Of a DNA stretch of 45,408 nt, positions 28,479 through 36,355 are shown piece after piece. The DNA lies in the IMG/VR virus record IMGVR_UViG_3300048578_000324, positions 1 to 45,408 of that record. One strand, given 5' to 3'. The notes beneath the pieces are model-generated. The model did no database searches, was not told the DNA's origin, and was given only the letters and a program-made list of their open reading frames with translations. The stretch comes from a virus (Duplodnaviria; Caudoviricetes). Position numbers and translations under genes: made by a program. How positions within the stretch are numbered: position 1 is the stretch's first letter; each line of letters opens with the position of its first letter.

Positions 28479-29068
28479 TCCTCGTCGTCGTCCTCGTCAC
28501 CCTCGAAGGCGCAGCTGTAGCCCTCCCAGTTGTCCACGCCGGCCGCCTCCAGTCGGTCCAGAAAGTCATCACGGCGCTGGAGACGGGAGGCCTCCTGCTT
28601 GGTGAGAACCACGGCGTCGAGCGGGATCACGGCGCAGACATCAGCGGCGCACAGGGCCAGCTTGCTGACCTCAGGGAGCCAGCGGAGGTCCAGGGTGCGG
28701 CTCACGGTGCGCTTGCCGGTACGCTCGTAGGCGATCTTGAGGGAGCCACGGCGCTCCAGGCTGCCGCCGATGGGTTGGCCTGTGGCGTCGAGGACCTGGA
28801 TGGTCGATGAGGGGTACCATTCGGTCTTGCCGCCATACGTGTAGGCGTACTCCCAGGACTCCTTGACCACCGAGTAGGGGCCATTGTCCAGCTTGGGGGC
28901 CTTGATGGAGACCACCTCGGCATCCTGGATGCGGGCCGACCTGTAGGACAGGATGGAGGTGGCAACCATGTCGCCCTCCTTGATGCCCCATCCCCGGTAG
29001 TCGCAGATGCCGATCTCGGTGATGCCGGACGCGAGGACTTCGCTGGTCAGGTTGCGGTGTTCGATCAT
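28475..29068 (-). CDS. Hypothetical protein with acidic LEAAGVDNWEGY C-terminal module
   Basis: ATGA overlaps at both ends; recognisable small phage module at the C-terminus. Confidence 0.75.
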   Translation of the reverse strand: MIEHRNLTSEVLASGITEIGICDYRGWGIKEGDMVATSILSYRSARIQDAEVVSIKAPKLDNGPYSVVKESWEYAYTYGGKTEWYPSSTIQVLDATGQPIGGSLERRGSLKIAYERTGKRTVSRTLDLRWLPEVSKLALCAADVCAVIPLDAVVLTKQEASRLQRRDDFLDRLEAAGVDNWEGYSCAFEGDEDDDEE

Positions 29069-29331
29069 TCCTCGTCGTTGTCCTTGGTATGGACCTTGAA
29101 GCCCTTGCGGCGCACGGCCGCGTCGATGTCGCTACGCATCCGCTGGACCCAGCTCATGTAGGCCTGGGGGGCCTTCATGGGGTCGTCGGGCGTCTGCTGC
29201 TCGAAGGTCGGTAGGGATCGGAAATTGACGCCGTAGTAGAGGAGGGCGTCGTAGGCCTTCTTGTAGAGGCCGATGGCAGCCTGGGCGAGCCGGAGGCGGG
29301 TGCCCAGCTCGCGGCCTTCTTCATCTGTCAA
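29065..29331 (-). CDS. Hypothetical protein
   Basis: TTG start overlapping the helicase stop; fills the gap. Confidence 0.65.
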   Translation of the reverse strand: MTDEEGRELGTRLRLAQAAIGLYKKAYDALLYYGVNFRSLPTFEQQTPDDPMKAPQAYMSWVQRMRSDIDAAVRRKGFKVHTKDNDEE

Positions 29332-31097
29332 TCGAAGGTCTCCTCGGGGTGCTGGGGGCCTGGTGCCCTGCCGAAGCCACCCCGATGGGGGTTATTGCCT
29401 CCCTGCCCCGGCTTGCCCGGCTCGGGGAAGGCTTTGTTGCTGACCTTGTAGCGTCCGCTGATGGGGTTCCATTCGAGCACGCCCGCCACGCCTGTCGGGC
29501 CGACCCGGCGGTTCTTCAAGACGCGGCACTGCTGGAGGAGCGTGGCAAGCCCTTCGGCCTGCTGGTTCCGCTCCCAGCCGAGCACAATGCCGGCGAAGTT
29601 GGCGATGCTGCCACTACCGCGCAGCTCGTTGATGGAGGTCGGGGCGCCTTCCTCGTGGGGGATGCCCATGGTTCGCCGCAGGTGGTGGGCGACCTGAATG
29701 TGGACACCCAGCTCCTTGGCGGCGCGGGCGATCTCCTGGCTGGCGCGGTCCAGCGCCTTCACGGTGTCGGCCTCAAGGTCGATGCCGGCGGCGATGAAGG
29801 ACAGCGGGTCCAGCACGATGAACTGGCATTCGAGGGCCTTGGCGCAATACCGCACGTAGCGGATGATCGCCTCCATGGTCCACTCGGCACTCTCGGGGTC
29901 GAACAGCTCGACGCGGCCGGGGCCAAACACCTCCTCGTGCAGCTTGAGCATGTCGGCGTCTGGCCGGGGGTTTAGGTCCAGGCGCTCGCTGACGTGAACC
30001 GACAGAAAGCGGAGCTTGGTGTCGCGCCTAGTATCCTCGAAGCCCATCCAGCCAATCTTGCCGCCTTGCTCGCGTACACACTCGGCTATCTCGGCGATTA
30101 CGGAGGACTTACCGATGCCGGTCCCCGCCACGTGGTAAACGACCTGACCGGGGGCCATAGGTCCTACCATTCCCTCGATGAAGGGCCACGGCCAGTGGAA
30201 GCCCTTGGCGGCCCCCTCCTTCGGAGCGAGAACGTCGTCGGGGTTGGCCGAGGCGTTGACGATGCCGGCGGGCCGCCACAGGGATGCCCCCCAGACAGCC
30301 GCCTCAATCGCCGAGGGCTTCTTGGCCTGGAGCGCCGCGTTGGCGTCCTTGAAGCCGAGCGCCTTGGCGATGCGCACCTTACCGACCGCGAACAGCGGGG
30401 CACACTCGGCCACCGCCTGTCGGCCTGCCTCGTCGTCATCGAACCAGAGGATGATTTCCTCGAACCGGTCGAGCCATAGGTAGTTGGCCTGGAGGCTGGC
30501 CTTGGCGGCAGCCGCCCCGTTGACGATGGACACGGCGGGGAACTTGAAGTCGGTCACCTCGGCGACCGACATGGCGTCCTCTTCACCCTCGGTGATGACG
30601 ATGCGCTTGTCGAAGTTGTCGCCGTAGACATTGCGGCCCCAGAGCCAGCAGCGGTTGACCGCCGGGTGGCCCTGCGGGTCCTTCGGCATGTCGGCCGCAT
30701 AGACCCAGGGGAAGGTCTTGTCGGGGCGCCGCAGCTTCTGGGCCGCGATCAGCCCTCCCTCGGCGTACTCCGGGTAGACGATGATCTCCGCACCCTTGGA
30801 CTTGGTGGTGAACACGCCGTAGCGCTGGAGGGTACGTGTGGAGATGCCGCGTCGGGGCGACTGGTCGGCCCCGTAGGCGTCGAATAGGTCCATTCGGGTT
30901 GCTTTGAAGGTCTCGCTTTGGGTGGTGCCCTTCTCCTCGCCGGACGCCTGGACGTGATAGCCACAGCCCGCCGAGAAGCAGTGCTGGTGGCCATCCGCGT
31001 AGGTCTTCAGGTTGTCGGGGGAGCCGCACTTGGGGCATGGCCCCATGGACACCACGTGGGTGGAGACGGCTGCCCCACCCTCGCGGTCGTCACGCAT
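29328..31097 (-). CDS. DNA primase/helicase (gp4)
   Basis: CPKC..C..C zinc finger, TOPRIM ITEGEED and FDDD, AGTGIGKS Walker A, LRGSG, LKNR. Confidence 0.97.
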   Translation of the reverse strand: MRDDREGGAAVSTHVVSMGPCPKCGSPDNLKTYADGHQHCFSAGCGYHVQASGEEKGTTQSETFKATRMDLFDAYGADQSPRRGISTRTLQRYGVFTTKSKGAEIIVYPEYAEGGLIAAQKLRRPDKTFPWVYAADMPKDPQGHPAVNRCWLWGRNVYGDNFDKRIVITEGEEDAMSVAEVTDFKFPAVSIVNGAAAAKASLQANYLWLDRFEEIILWFDDDEAGRQAVAECAPLFAVGKVRIAKALGFKDANAALQAKKPSAIEAAVWGASLWRPAGIVNASANPDDVLAPKEGAAKGFHWPWPFIEGMVGPMAPGQVVYHVAGTGIGKSSVIAEIAECVREQGGKIGWMGFEDTRRDTKLRFLSVHVSERLDLNPRPDADMLKLHEEVFGPGRVELFDPESAEWTMEAIIRYVRYCAKALECQFIVLDPLSFIAAGIDLEADTVKALDRASQEIARAAKELGVHIQVAHHLRRTMGIPHEEGAPTSINELRGSGSIANFAGIVLGWERNQQAEGLATLLQQCRVLKNRRVGPTGVAGVLEWNPISGRYKVSNKAFPEPGKPGQGGNNPHRGGFGRAPGPQHPEETFD

Positions 31098-31098
31098 C

Positions 31099-31344
31099 CT
31101 AGTGGCCGACCGTCAGCGCGGCCGAGAGCACCAGGACGACCGCCACCACCACGTAGGACAACGCCCACACCACGATGAGGCCGATGAGTTGGTGGGCGGC
31201 CAGGAGGTAGGGCCACGGCGCAGCAAGGAGGAGAGCGGCGCCCCAGTAGGCGATATAGAGGCCCAGGCCGAGGCCCAACCACTTCAAGGCGTAGATGGCC
31301 ATCAGGCTCAGGAAGGCGAGAATGCCAGCGATGAACAGAAGCAT
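31099..31344 (-). CDS. Small multi-TM membrane protein
   Basis: AAAGGAG RBS; 81 aa, almost entirely hydrophobic. Confidence 0.7.
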   Translation of the reverse strand: MLLFIAGILAFLSLMAIYALKWLGLGLGLYIAYWGAALLLAAPWPYLLAAHQLIGLIVVWALSYVVVAVVLVLSAALTVGH

Positions 31345-31346
31345 GG

Positions 31347-31931
31347 TCACGCTCCTTTCTTGGCCCGGCGCGGCTTCGTGGCCACCGGGTCGGCTGCGGG
31401 CGGCTCCCACTGGGCGAGCCGGTCGAAGGGGTGGACGAAGCCGTAATCGGCGAGCTGCCAGAGGCCGGCCTGCTCGTTCCACATCCAGTTGGCGTCGTGG
31501 TGGTCGCAGAAGATGCCTGCGCCTTCCTCGATGCCGGCGAAGTCGGTAATCGCCTCGGCGCGGCCGGCGGTGTTCCAGGGGGCCTTGTCCCCAAGGCGCT
31601 GCCACAGGAAGCGGCCATCCTTGGAGACGGAGACGCACGGCAGGAGCCAGCGCTTGCCGAAGGGTGACCGGCCGAGCGCCATCCACGCCTTCCACTCCAT
31701 GGCGTTCTGGAAGTAGCCCTCGCTGTATTCGATCTTCACGACCAGCGTGGGGTCTGGCCTCCAGGCAAACACGCGGCGGCTGACGCCAGCACCGAGGAAG
31801 TCACCGATGCAGGCCTCCAGAAGGCGGTCGCCAATGGGGCCGATGGCCTCCAGCTCCAGCTGGCGGCGCAGGCGGGCGAGCTTCAGCCGATCACCCGAGT
31901 CCGCATCGTCATAGTCGGACACGCCACTCAT
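31347..31931 (-). CDS. Minimal protein-kinase-like enzyme
   Basis: LGAGVSRRVF Gly loop, VVKIE Lys, NAMEW alphaC Glu, DHHDAN catalytic loop, ADYG. Confidence 0.8.
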   Translation of the reverse strand: MSGVSDYDDADSGDRLKLARLRRQLELEAIGPIGDRLLEACIGDFLGAGVSRRVFAWRPDPTLVVKIEYSEGYFQNAMEWKAWMALGRSPFGKRWLLPCVSVSKDGRFLWQRLGDKAPWNTAGRAEAITDFAGIEEGAGIFCDHHDANWMWNEQAGLWQLADYGFVHPFDRLAQWEPPAADPVATKPRRAKKGA

Positions 31932-31934
31932 GGG

Positions 31935-32687
31935 TCAGTCCTGGCCGGGCTTCGTGCCCTTGACGTAGGCTTCCCGCGCCTCGGGGATGAAGTAGGTCTT
32001 CAGGCGGGCGCCGTGGCCATCCCGCTCCCAGCGGTCCTGGATGTTGACGCCTTCGGCCCGCAGTTCGGCGATGCGCGAGGAGAGCGACCCGATGCCCAGC
32101 TCCAACAGAGCGCGGCGGTTGGTGAGGAGGCGGCCATGCTCCAGGTAGTCGCGGACCAGCTTGCGCTGGGAGGCGAGGTCGGCCGTCTTGTCGGTACGTG
32201 CCAAGGGGGTGTCCTTGATATGCTCGTAGACCGGCCGCCAGCTCGCCCGCACGCTGACCATATCGGTCGCGGGGCAACGCATGTCGCGGTCCTTGAAGCG
32301 GGCCAGCTCGGTGTGGCCACTCACCCTCAAGGGGAACGGCGGTGTGTACTTGAGCTGGCAGTAGGCGATGAGGAAGGCGAGCGTGTCGCGTTGTTCCTCG
32401 GTGAAGTTGTCGACCTGCCGCCCCTCCTCGTCCAGGCCACCCACGAGGGCGATGCCGATGGTGTCGAGGTTGTAGTGCGGGGCGTGGTTGCCGATGAGGT
32501 GGTCCGAGCGGGTGGCCAGAAAGTCCCCGTCACGCTCGATGACGAAGTGGTACCCGATGTCCAGGAGGCCCATGGCGAGCCCCTTATTCAACAGGTACGC
32601 CTCGACGTGCTGGATGTCAGGCTTGGTGTGCGTGTCGTGGACCACCACGGCGTTGGTCTGCTCGCGGGGCCGCCAGGAGAGGGTCAC
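31935..32687 (-). CDS. N-acetylmuramoyl-L-alanine amidase (gp3.5-like) fused to a C-terminal winged HTH
   Basis: VVH, DIGYHFVI, IGIALVGG, GH..CP; then LT..ALLELGIGSLSSRIAELRAEG. Confidence 0.88.
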   Translation of the reverse strand: MTLSWRPREQTNAVVVHDTHTKPDIQHVEAYLLNKGLAMGLLDIGYHFVIERDGDFLATRSDHLIGNHAPHYNLDTIGIALVGGLDEEGRQVDNFTEEQRDTLAFLIAYCQLKYTPPFPLRVSGHTELARFKDRDMRCPATDMVSVRASWRPVYEHIKDTPLARTDKTADLASQRKLVRDYLEHGRLLTNRRALLELGIGSLSSRIAELRAEGVNIQDRWERDGHGARLKTYFIPEAREAYVKGTKPGQD

Positions 32688-32860
32688 CTGGCCGACACCT
32701 CGACGCAGAGGTAGCTCACGCGCCAGTTACCCCACTTCTTCATGGCAGCCTGTCCGGTGATCTCACACGCAGCCTGAGAACCGAACGGGAGAGCGGTGAG
32801 CGCGGCAGACGTGCCTGTCGGTCCAGCCCAGATTGCCAATAGTAGTATCCAGGTGGTCAT
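32684..32860 (-). CDS. Small exported/membrane protein (58 aa)
   Basis: Hand-translated MTTWILLLAIWAG..FGSQAACE..SYLCVEV; GTGA overlap with the amidase start. Confidence 0.6.
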   Translation of the reverse strand: MTTWILLLAIWAGPTGTSAALTALPFGSQAACEITGQAAMKKWGNWRVSYLCVEVSAR

Positions 32861-32869
32861 TCGTAGGCC

Positions 32870-33388
32870 TCACTCCTCGGCATCGAACACCTCCAAGGGT
32901 TTGCCCTTCAGCACCTCAGCCGGCTTCTTCGCGGGGCCGGGCTCCTGCATCCACTCGACGGGGATCAGCTTGGTGGCCCACCGGAAGCCGTGCTTCTCGG
33001 CCCACATGGCGTAGGTCGTGGGGCTGCCCTTCCTGATCTTGTCGGAGGGCCGCTGGAAGACGAACCGGATGTCCAGCTCGGGCCACTGCTTCTTGATCAG
33101 CAGGTGCTTCTTGCGGTCGGCCGGCTCGAACTTGCCCTTGGTCTCCACCAGGATACCGTTCGGGAGCGGGAAGTCGTTGGTGTAGGTGTGCAGCGTGCGT
33201 GGCTGGATGTAGCGAACCTTCATGGACTCGAAGGCCACCTCCACGCCGTGCTTCCGCAGCCACTCTGCGTTGGTGTCCTCCAGGCCCGAGCGGAAGCCGT
33301 GGAGGAGTCCGGGGTCCTTCCCGATGCGGGCGGCCCAGTGGTTGAACCTACCGGGCCGCTGGTTGTCCTGCTTGGCGATGCCCGCCAT
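32870..33388 (-). CDS. Endonuclease I / Holliday junction resolvase (gp3)
   Basis: FRSGLE, YTNDF, VETKG, DRKKHLLIK, DIRFVF. Confidence 0.96.
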   Translation of the reverse strand: MAGIAKQDNQRPGRFNHWAARIGKDPGLLHGFRSGLEDTNAEWLRKHGVEVAFESMKVRYIQPRTLHTYTNDFPLPNGILVETKGKFEPADRKKHLLIKKQWPELDIRFVFQRPSDKIRKGSPTTYAMWAEKHGFRWATKLIPVEWMQEPGPAKKPAEVLKGKPLEVFDAEE

Positions 33389-33636
33389 CAGGCGCTCAGG
33401 TTGGTGAACACGCCAGTGCCCGTGGTGGCGGGGAGCACCTTGGCGACCTTGAGGTGCCACACGGTGGTTCCGACCGGAGCCTGGAATGAGAAGGTCTGGC
33501 CGCCAAGCAGCTGCACGACGACCGCACCGGCCACCGACATGTCGGCGACGAAGCGCTGGCCCATGCCTTGCGCGGCCGGACCACCAGCCGTCAGGGTCTC
33601 GGCGTTACCGAAGCCCTCCTCGGGGACGTGGTTCAT
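33388..33636 (-). CDS. Hypothetical protein
   Basis: GAGG RBS; TGATG overlap with the endonuclease gene. Confidence 0.65.
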   Translation of the reverse strand: MNHVPEEGFGNAETLTAGGPAAQGMGQRFVADMSVAGAVVVQLLGGQTFSFQAPVGTTVWHLKVAKVLPATTGTGVFTNLSA

Positions 33637-33646
33637 GGGGCGTCCC

Positions 33647-34297
33647 TCAGTACGGGCTGTCCTCGGCAGCCTCGCCGTCCGACGTGGTGGCCTGGGCCTC
33701 CGTGTCGTCGCTGTAGGCGCCGAAGCCGCCGCGCTTGGCACCGCCGCCCGACTTGATGATCTGCACCGAGCTGAAGTCCAGGCGGACGCCGGCCATCTTG
33801 GCCGACTGTACGGCGACCGGCCGGAGGGTGTAGCGGAAGCGGACCTCGGCGCCAGCGAAGATCGGCGGCGACTCCCAGGACTTCTCGCCCGTCTCCGGGT
33901 CGGTGACCTCCTTGGACAGCAGGGTGTCGTCGCGGTCGTAGACGGCGATGTAGACCTTCTTGATCGTGCCGTCCTTGAGCTTGAGGGTGTGGTTCTGGGC
34001 GAACTTCACCTCAATCTGGCCGGTCTCGTTGCCGTCCGCGTCGCAGACCGGCTCGAAGGGCAGGTAGACCTTCCACTTCTTGTGCTCGCCCTTCGGCACC
34101 TTGTCGCGCAGGTGCTCCTCCAGGGCAGCCTGGGCGGCCTCCTGGATGAACGACGTGAACTTCTCCTGCGGGGCGCCGAAGTCGATCAGCAGGGTGGCGT
34201 GGAACTCGCCGCCGTCCTTAAACTTGGTGTCGGCCTTGTTGAGCCACGGATGCGGGCCGACTTCGCCCACCGGGGAATTGTATGCGGTCTTGGCCAA
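33647..34297 (-). CDS. ssb: Single-stranded DNA-binding protein (gp2.5)
   Basis: SPVG..PWLNKADTKF, AGVRL..VQII, acidic tail ending in Tyr; TTG start with AGGAG RBS. Confidence 0.93.
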   Translation of the reverse strand: MAKTAYNSPVGEVGPHPWLNKADTKFKDGGEFHATLLIDFGAPQEKFTSFIQEAAQAALEEHLRDKVPKGEHKKWKVYLPFEPVCDADGNETGQIEVKFAQNHTLKLKDGTIKKVYIAVYDRDDTLLSKEVTDPETGEKSWESPPIFAGAEVRFRYTLRPVAVQSAKMAGVRLDFSSVQIIKSGGGAKRGGFGAYSDDTEAQATTSDGEAAEDSPY

Positions 34298-34319
34298 ATG
34301 CTGGTCTCCTGAAGGTGTT

Positions 34320-34362
34320 GCGCGGGGTGGCCTGGAGAGCGACCACGAGGACCACCCCGCGC
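34320..34362 (-). promoter_or_regulatory. Stem-loop in the ssb leader
   Basis: 11-bp perfect stem GCGCGGGGTGG/CCACCCCGCGC plus 3 bp, 14-nt loop, no U tract. Confidence 0.6.
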
Positions 34363-34367
34363 GGCCC

Positions 34368-34649
34368 CTACCCCTTCGGGGTGGGGAACTCCACGACCAG
34401 CCTGTCTAGGTCCTGGTCGGGGTCTACGGTGACGGTGAACGAGGCGACATGGCCCCGTAGGCGCTCGTGGCGGCGGTGCGCCTGCCAGCGCCTGAGGTAG
34501 TTGGTCACCTGCTCCTGGCAGGCGGCCTTGGATGCCTGCGGCAGGCCGATGGGGAAGTCCCCGGCATCGGTCACCACAAACGCGCGAAACCCCCAGTCCA
34601 GCCGCCTCAGGACGAAGCGGAAGGTCTGGGGGCTAGAGGGGTCGGTCAT
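34368..34649 (-). CDS. Hypothetical protein
   Basis: ATGA overlap with the SPFH gene stop. Confidence 0.6.
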   Translation of the reverse strand: MTDPSSPQTFRFVLRRLDWGFRAFVVTDAGDFPIGLPQASKAACQEQVTNYLRRWQAHRRHERLRGHVASFTVTVDPDQDLDRLVVEFPTPKG

Positions 34650-35458
34650 TTGATCGGCAGGAACGGGACCGCCGAGCCGGGGACCATCGTGGCCGGGAGC
34701 TTGCCGTCCCACTTCTCGGCGGCAGTCAGCGCCACGAGGTTCGGGCTCTCCTTCAGCGCGTCACTGCGGGCCTTGATGGCCCGCGCCTCGGCCTCGCCGT
34801 TGAGGATGACCTTGTCGGCATCCGCCTTGGCGTTGGTCACGACGATCTGCGCCTTGACCTGCGCTTCCAGGGCGGCCTGCTTCTGGGTCTCGACGGCGAT
34901 CTCGGCCGTCTTGCGGGCCAGCAGCGCTTGGTCGAACTTCGGGTCGAACTTCACGTTCTCGACCTGGACGGACTGCACATTGGAGAACTCGGCCAGGGCC
35001 GGCTCCAGCGCCTTCTGGATGTCCATGGCGAGCTTGTCGCGGGCGTTGGTCGCCTCCAGGGCCGTGAAGTGGCCGAAGACCGCCTTGCCTTCCTGGGCGA
35101 GCCGAGGCGCGACGATGCGCTTCTTGTAGTTGTCCAGCGAGTAGAACTGGGCGAAGAGGTCGGCCACCTTGTCGGGCTTGATGGCGATGGTGACGGACAC
35201 CTGGATGTCGCCGAGCTGCATGTCGGACGAGTAGCTGTTCAGCTCGTCCTTGATGGTCTGCGGCTGCACGTCGATGGTGTAGACCGACGTGATGAAGGGC
35301 GTCTTGAAGCCGAGGCCCGGCTGCGCCATGTCGACTACCTTGCCGAAGCGGGTGATGACGCCACGCTCGCCGCTGTCGACGGTGTAGAAGCTGCCGCCGA
35401 GGGCGGTGACGCCGGCGAGGAACACGATGCCCACGAGGGCGCCGATGAGCTTGTTCAT
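34646..35458 (-). CDS. SPFH / Band 7 / prohibitin family protein
   Basis: N-terminal TM, VDSGERGVITRFGKV..PGLGFKTPFI, coiled coil, GEAEA, EKWDGKLP. Confidence 0.92.
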   Translation of the reverse strand: MNKLIGALVGIVFLAGVTALGGSFYTVDSGERGVITRFGKVVDMAQPGLGFKTPFITSVYTIDVQPQTIKDELNSYSSDMQLGDIQVSVTIAIKPDKVADLFAQFYSLDNYKKRIVAPRLAQEGKAVFGHFTALEATNARDKLAMDIQKALEPALAEFSNVQSVQVENVKFDPKFDQALLARKTAEIAVETQKQAALEAQVKAQIVVTNAKADADKVILNGEAEARAIKARSDALKESPNLVALTAAEKWDGKLPATMVPGSAVPFLPIK

Positions 35459-35462
35459 GTAG

Positions 35463-35714
35463 TCACTCTCCTTCTCGGGTCTTGGGGTCGGTGTCGTTGA
35501 AGACGAGGATGCCGCAAAGGGCTCGCCGCTTCCGCAGGTCTCGGAAACCGAGGTCGAGCGGGAAGGTCTCCTGGGGCGGTGGGAACACCACGCTTACGGT
35601 GACGACGGTTCCGGCCGGCGGGGGCTGGTCGAACACGATACGGGCCTTGGTGGGGCACTCGCCGGGCTTGGGGTTCGGGATGCGCAGCCACTGGCTCTTG
35701 CGTCTGGTCTTCAT
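35463..35714 (-). CDS. Hypothetical protein
   Basis: GAGGT RBS; TGATG overlap with the upstream gene. Confidence 0.6.
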   Translation of the reverse strand: MKTRRKSQWLRIPNPKPGECPTKARIVFDQPPPAGTVVTVSVVFPPPQETFPLDLGFRDLRKRRALCGILVFNDTDPKTREGE

Positions 35715-36028
35715 CACGCCACCTCGACTTCCTGGCCCATGAGGCGCAGCCCCGCGAAGTCGCGGATGGTCTGGATGCCGTCGTTGGCCTTGAAGTTGGC
35801 CTGCTCGCGGGTGGTCATGACGCGCATCCCGAAGGTGTGGGCGTCCTGGGGGTCGACGCCCGTCCGGTGGCAGATGGCGGCGAACAACAGGGAGATGCCG
35901 GCCACCATCTCGTGGGGCTTCATCTGCTGCACCGGGTCGAGGGCAGTGAGGGCCGCTCGCGTCACGTCCAGCTGGCTCATGGTGAAGAGCTTGTCGCGGT
36001 CGAGGGGTTCGCCGATGTGGCACTTCAT
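35714..36028 (-). CDS. Hypothetical protein
   Basis: AGGAGG RBS; genome-typical codon usage. Confidence 0.75.
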   Translation of the reverse strand: MKCHIGEPLDRDKLFTMSQLDVTRAALTALDPVQQMKPHEMVAGISLLFAAICHRTGVDPQDAHTFGMRVMTTREQANFKANDGIQTIRDFAGLRLMGQEVEVA

Positions 36029-36052
36029 GTGGTCGCCTCCTGTCAGTGGTGG

Positions 36053-36346
36053 TCAGAGGCCGAACCGGAAGAACCGGGCCAGCCATGAGAAGAAGTCGTC
36101 AGCGGGTGGAGGGTCTGGGGGAGGATCAGCCTTGACGAAGTGCTGTCCGGCTTCCCCGCACAGGTGGCCGTGGTTGCGCATCACGCGGCAGTGCATCTGG
36201 TGCTCCACCCGCGTTCCCACGACGAGATCGACATCCTCGTAATGTGCGGCGGGGTGGGCGCATTTCGCGTAGCGCAGGTCGTAGTTGGTGCCAAAGCCGC
36301 TGTGCGCCGGCCGACAACATCGGCAGTCTTTGCAGAACTTGGTCAC
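36053..36346 (-). CDS. Cys/His-rich hypothetical protein
   Basis: AGGAGG RBS; CKDC..C..C..C pattern. Confidence 0.7.
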   Translation of the reverse strand: MTKFCKDCRCCRPAHSGFGTNYDLRYAKCAHPAAHYEDVDLVVGTRVEHQMHCRVMRNHGHLCGEAGQHFVKADPPPDPPPADDFFSWLARFFRFGL

Positions 36347-36355
36347 GGCGGCCTC

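Noticed and set aside
30000-30180. Patch of atypical codons in the helicase suggesting an overlapping gene
   Set aside because: No alternative-frame ORF with an RBS and protein-like composition, unlike the gp16 case.
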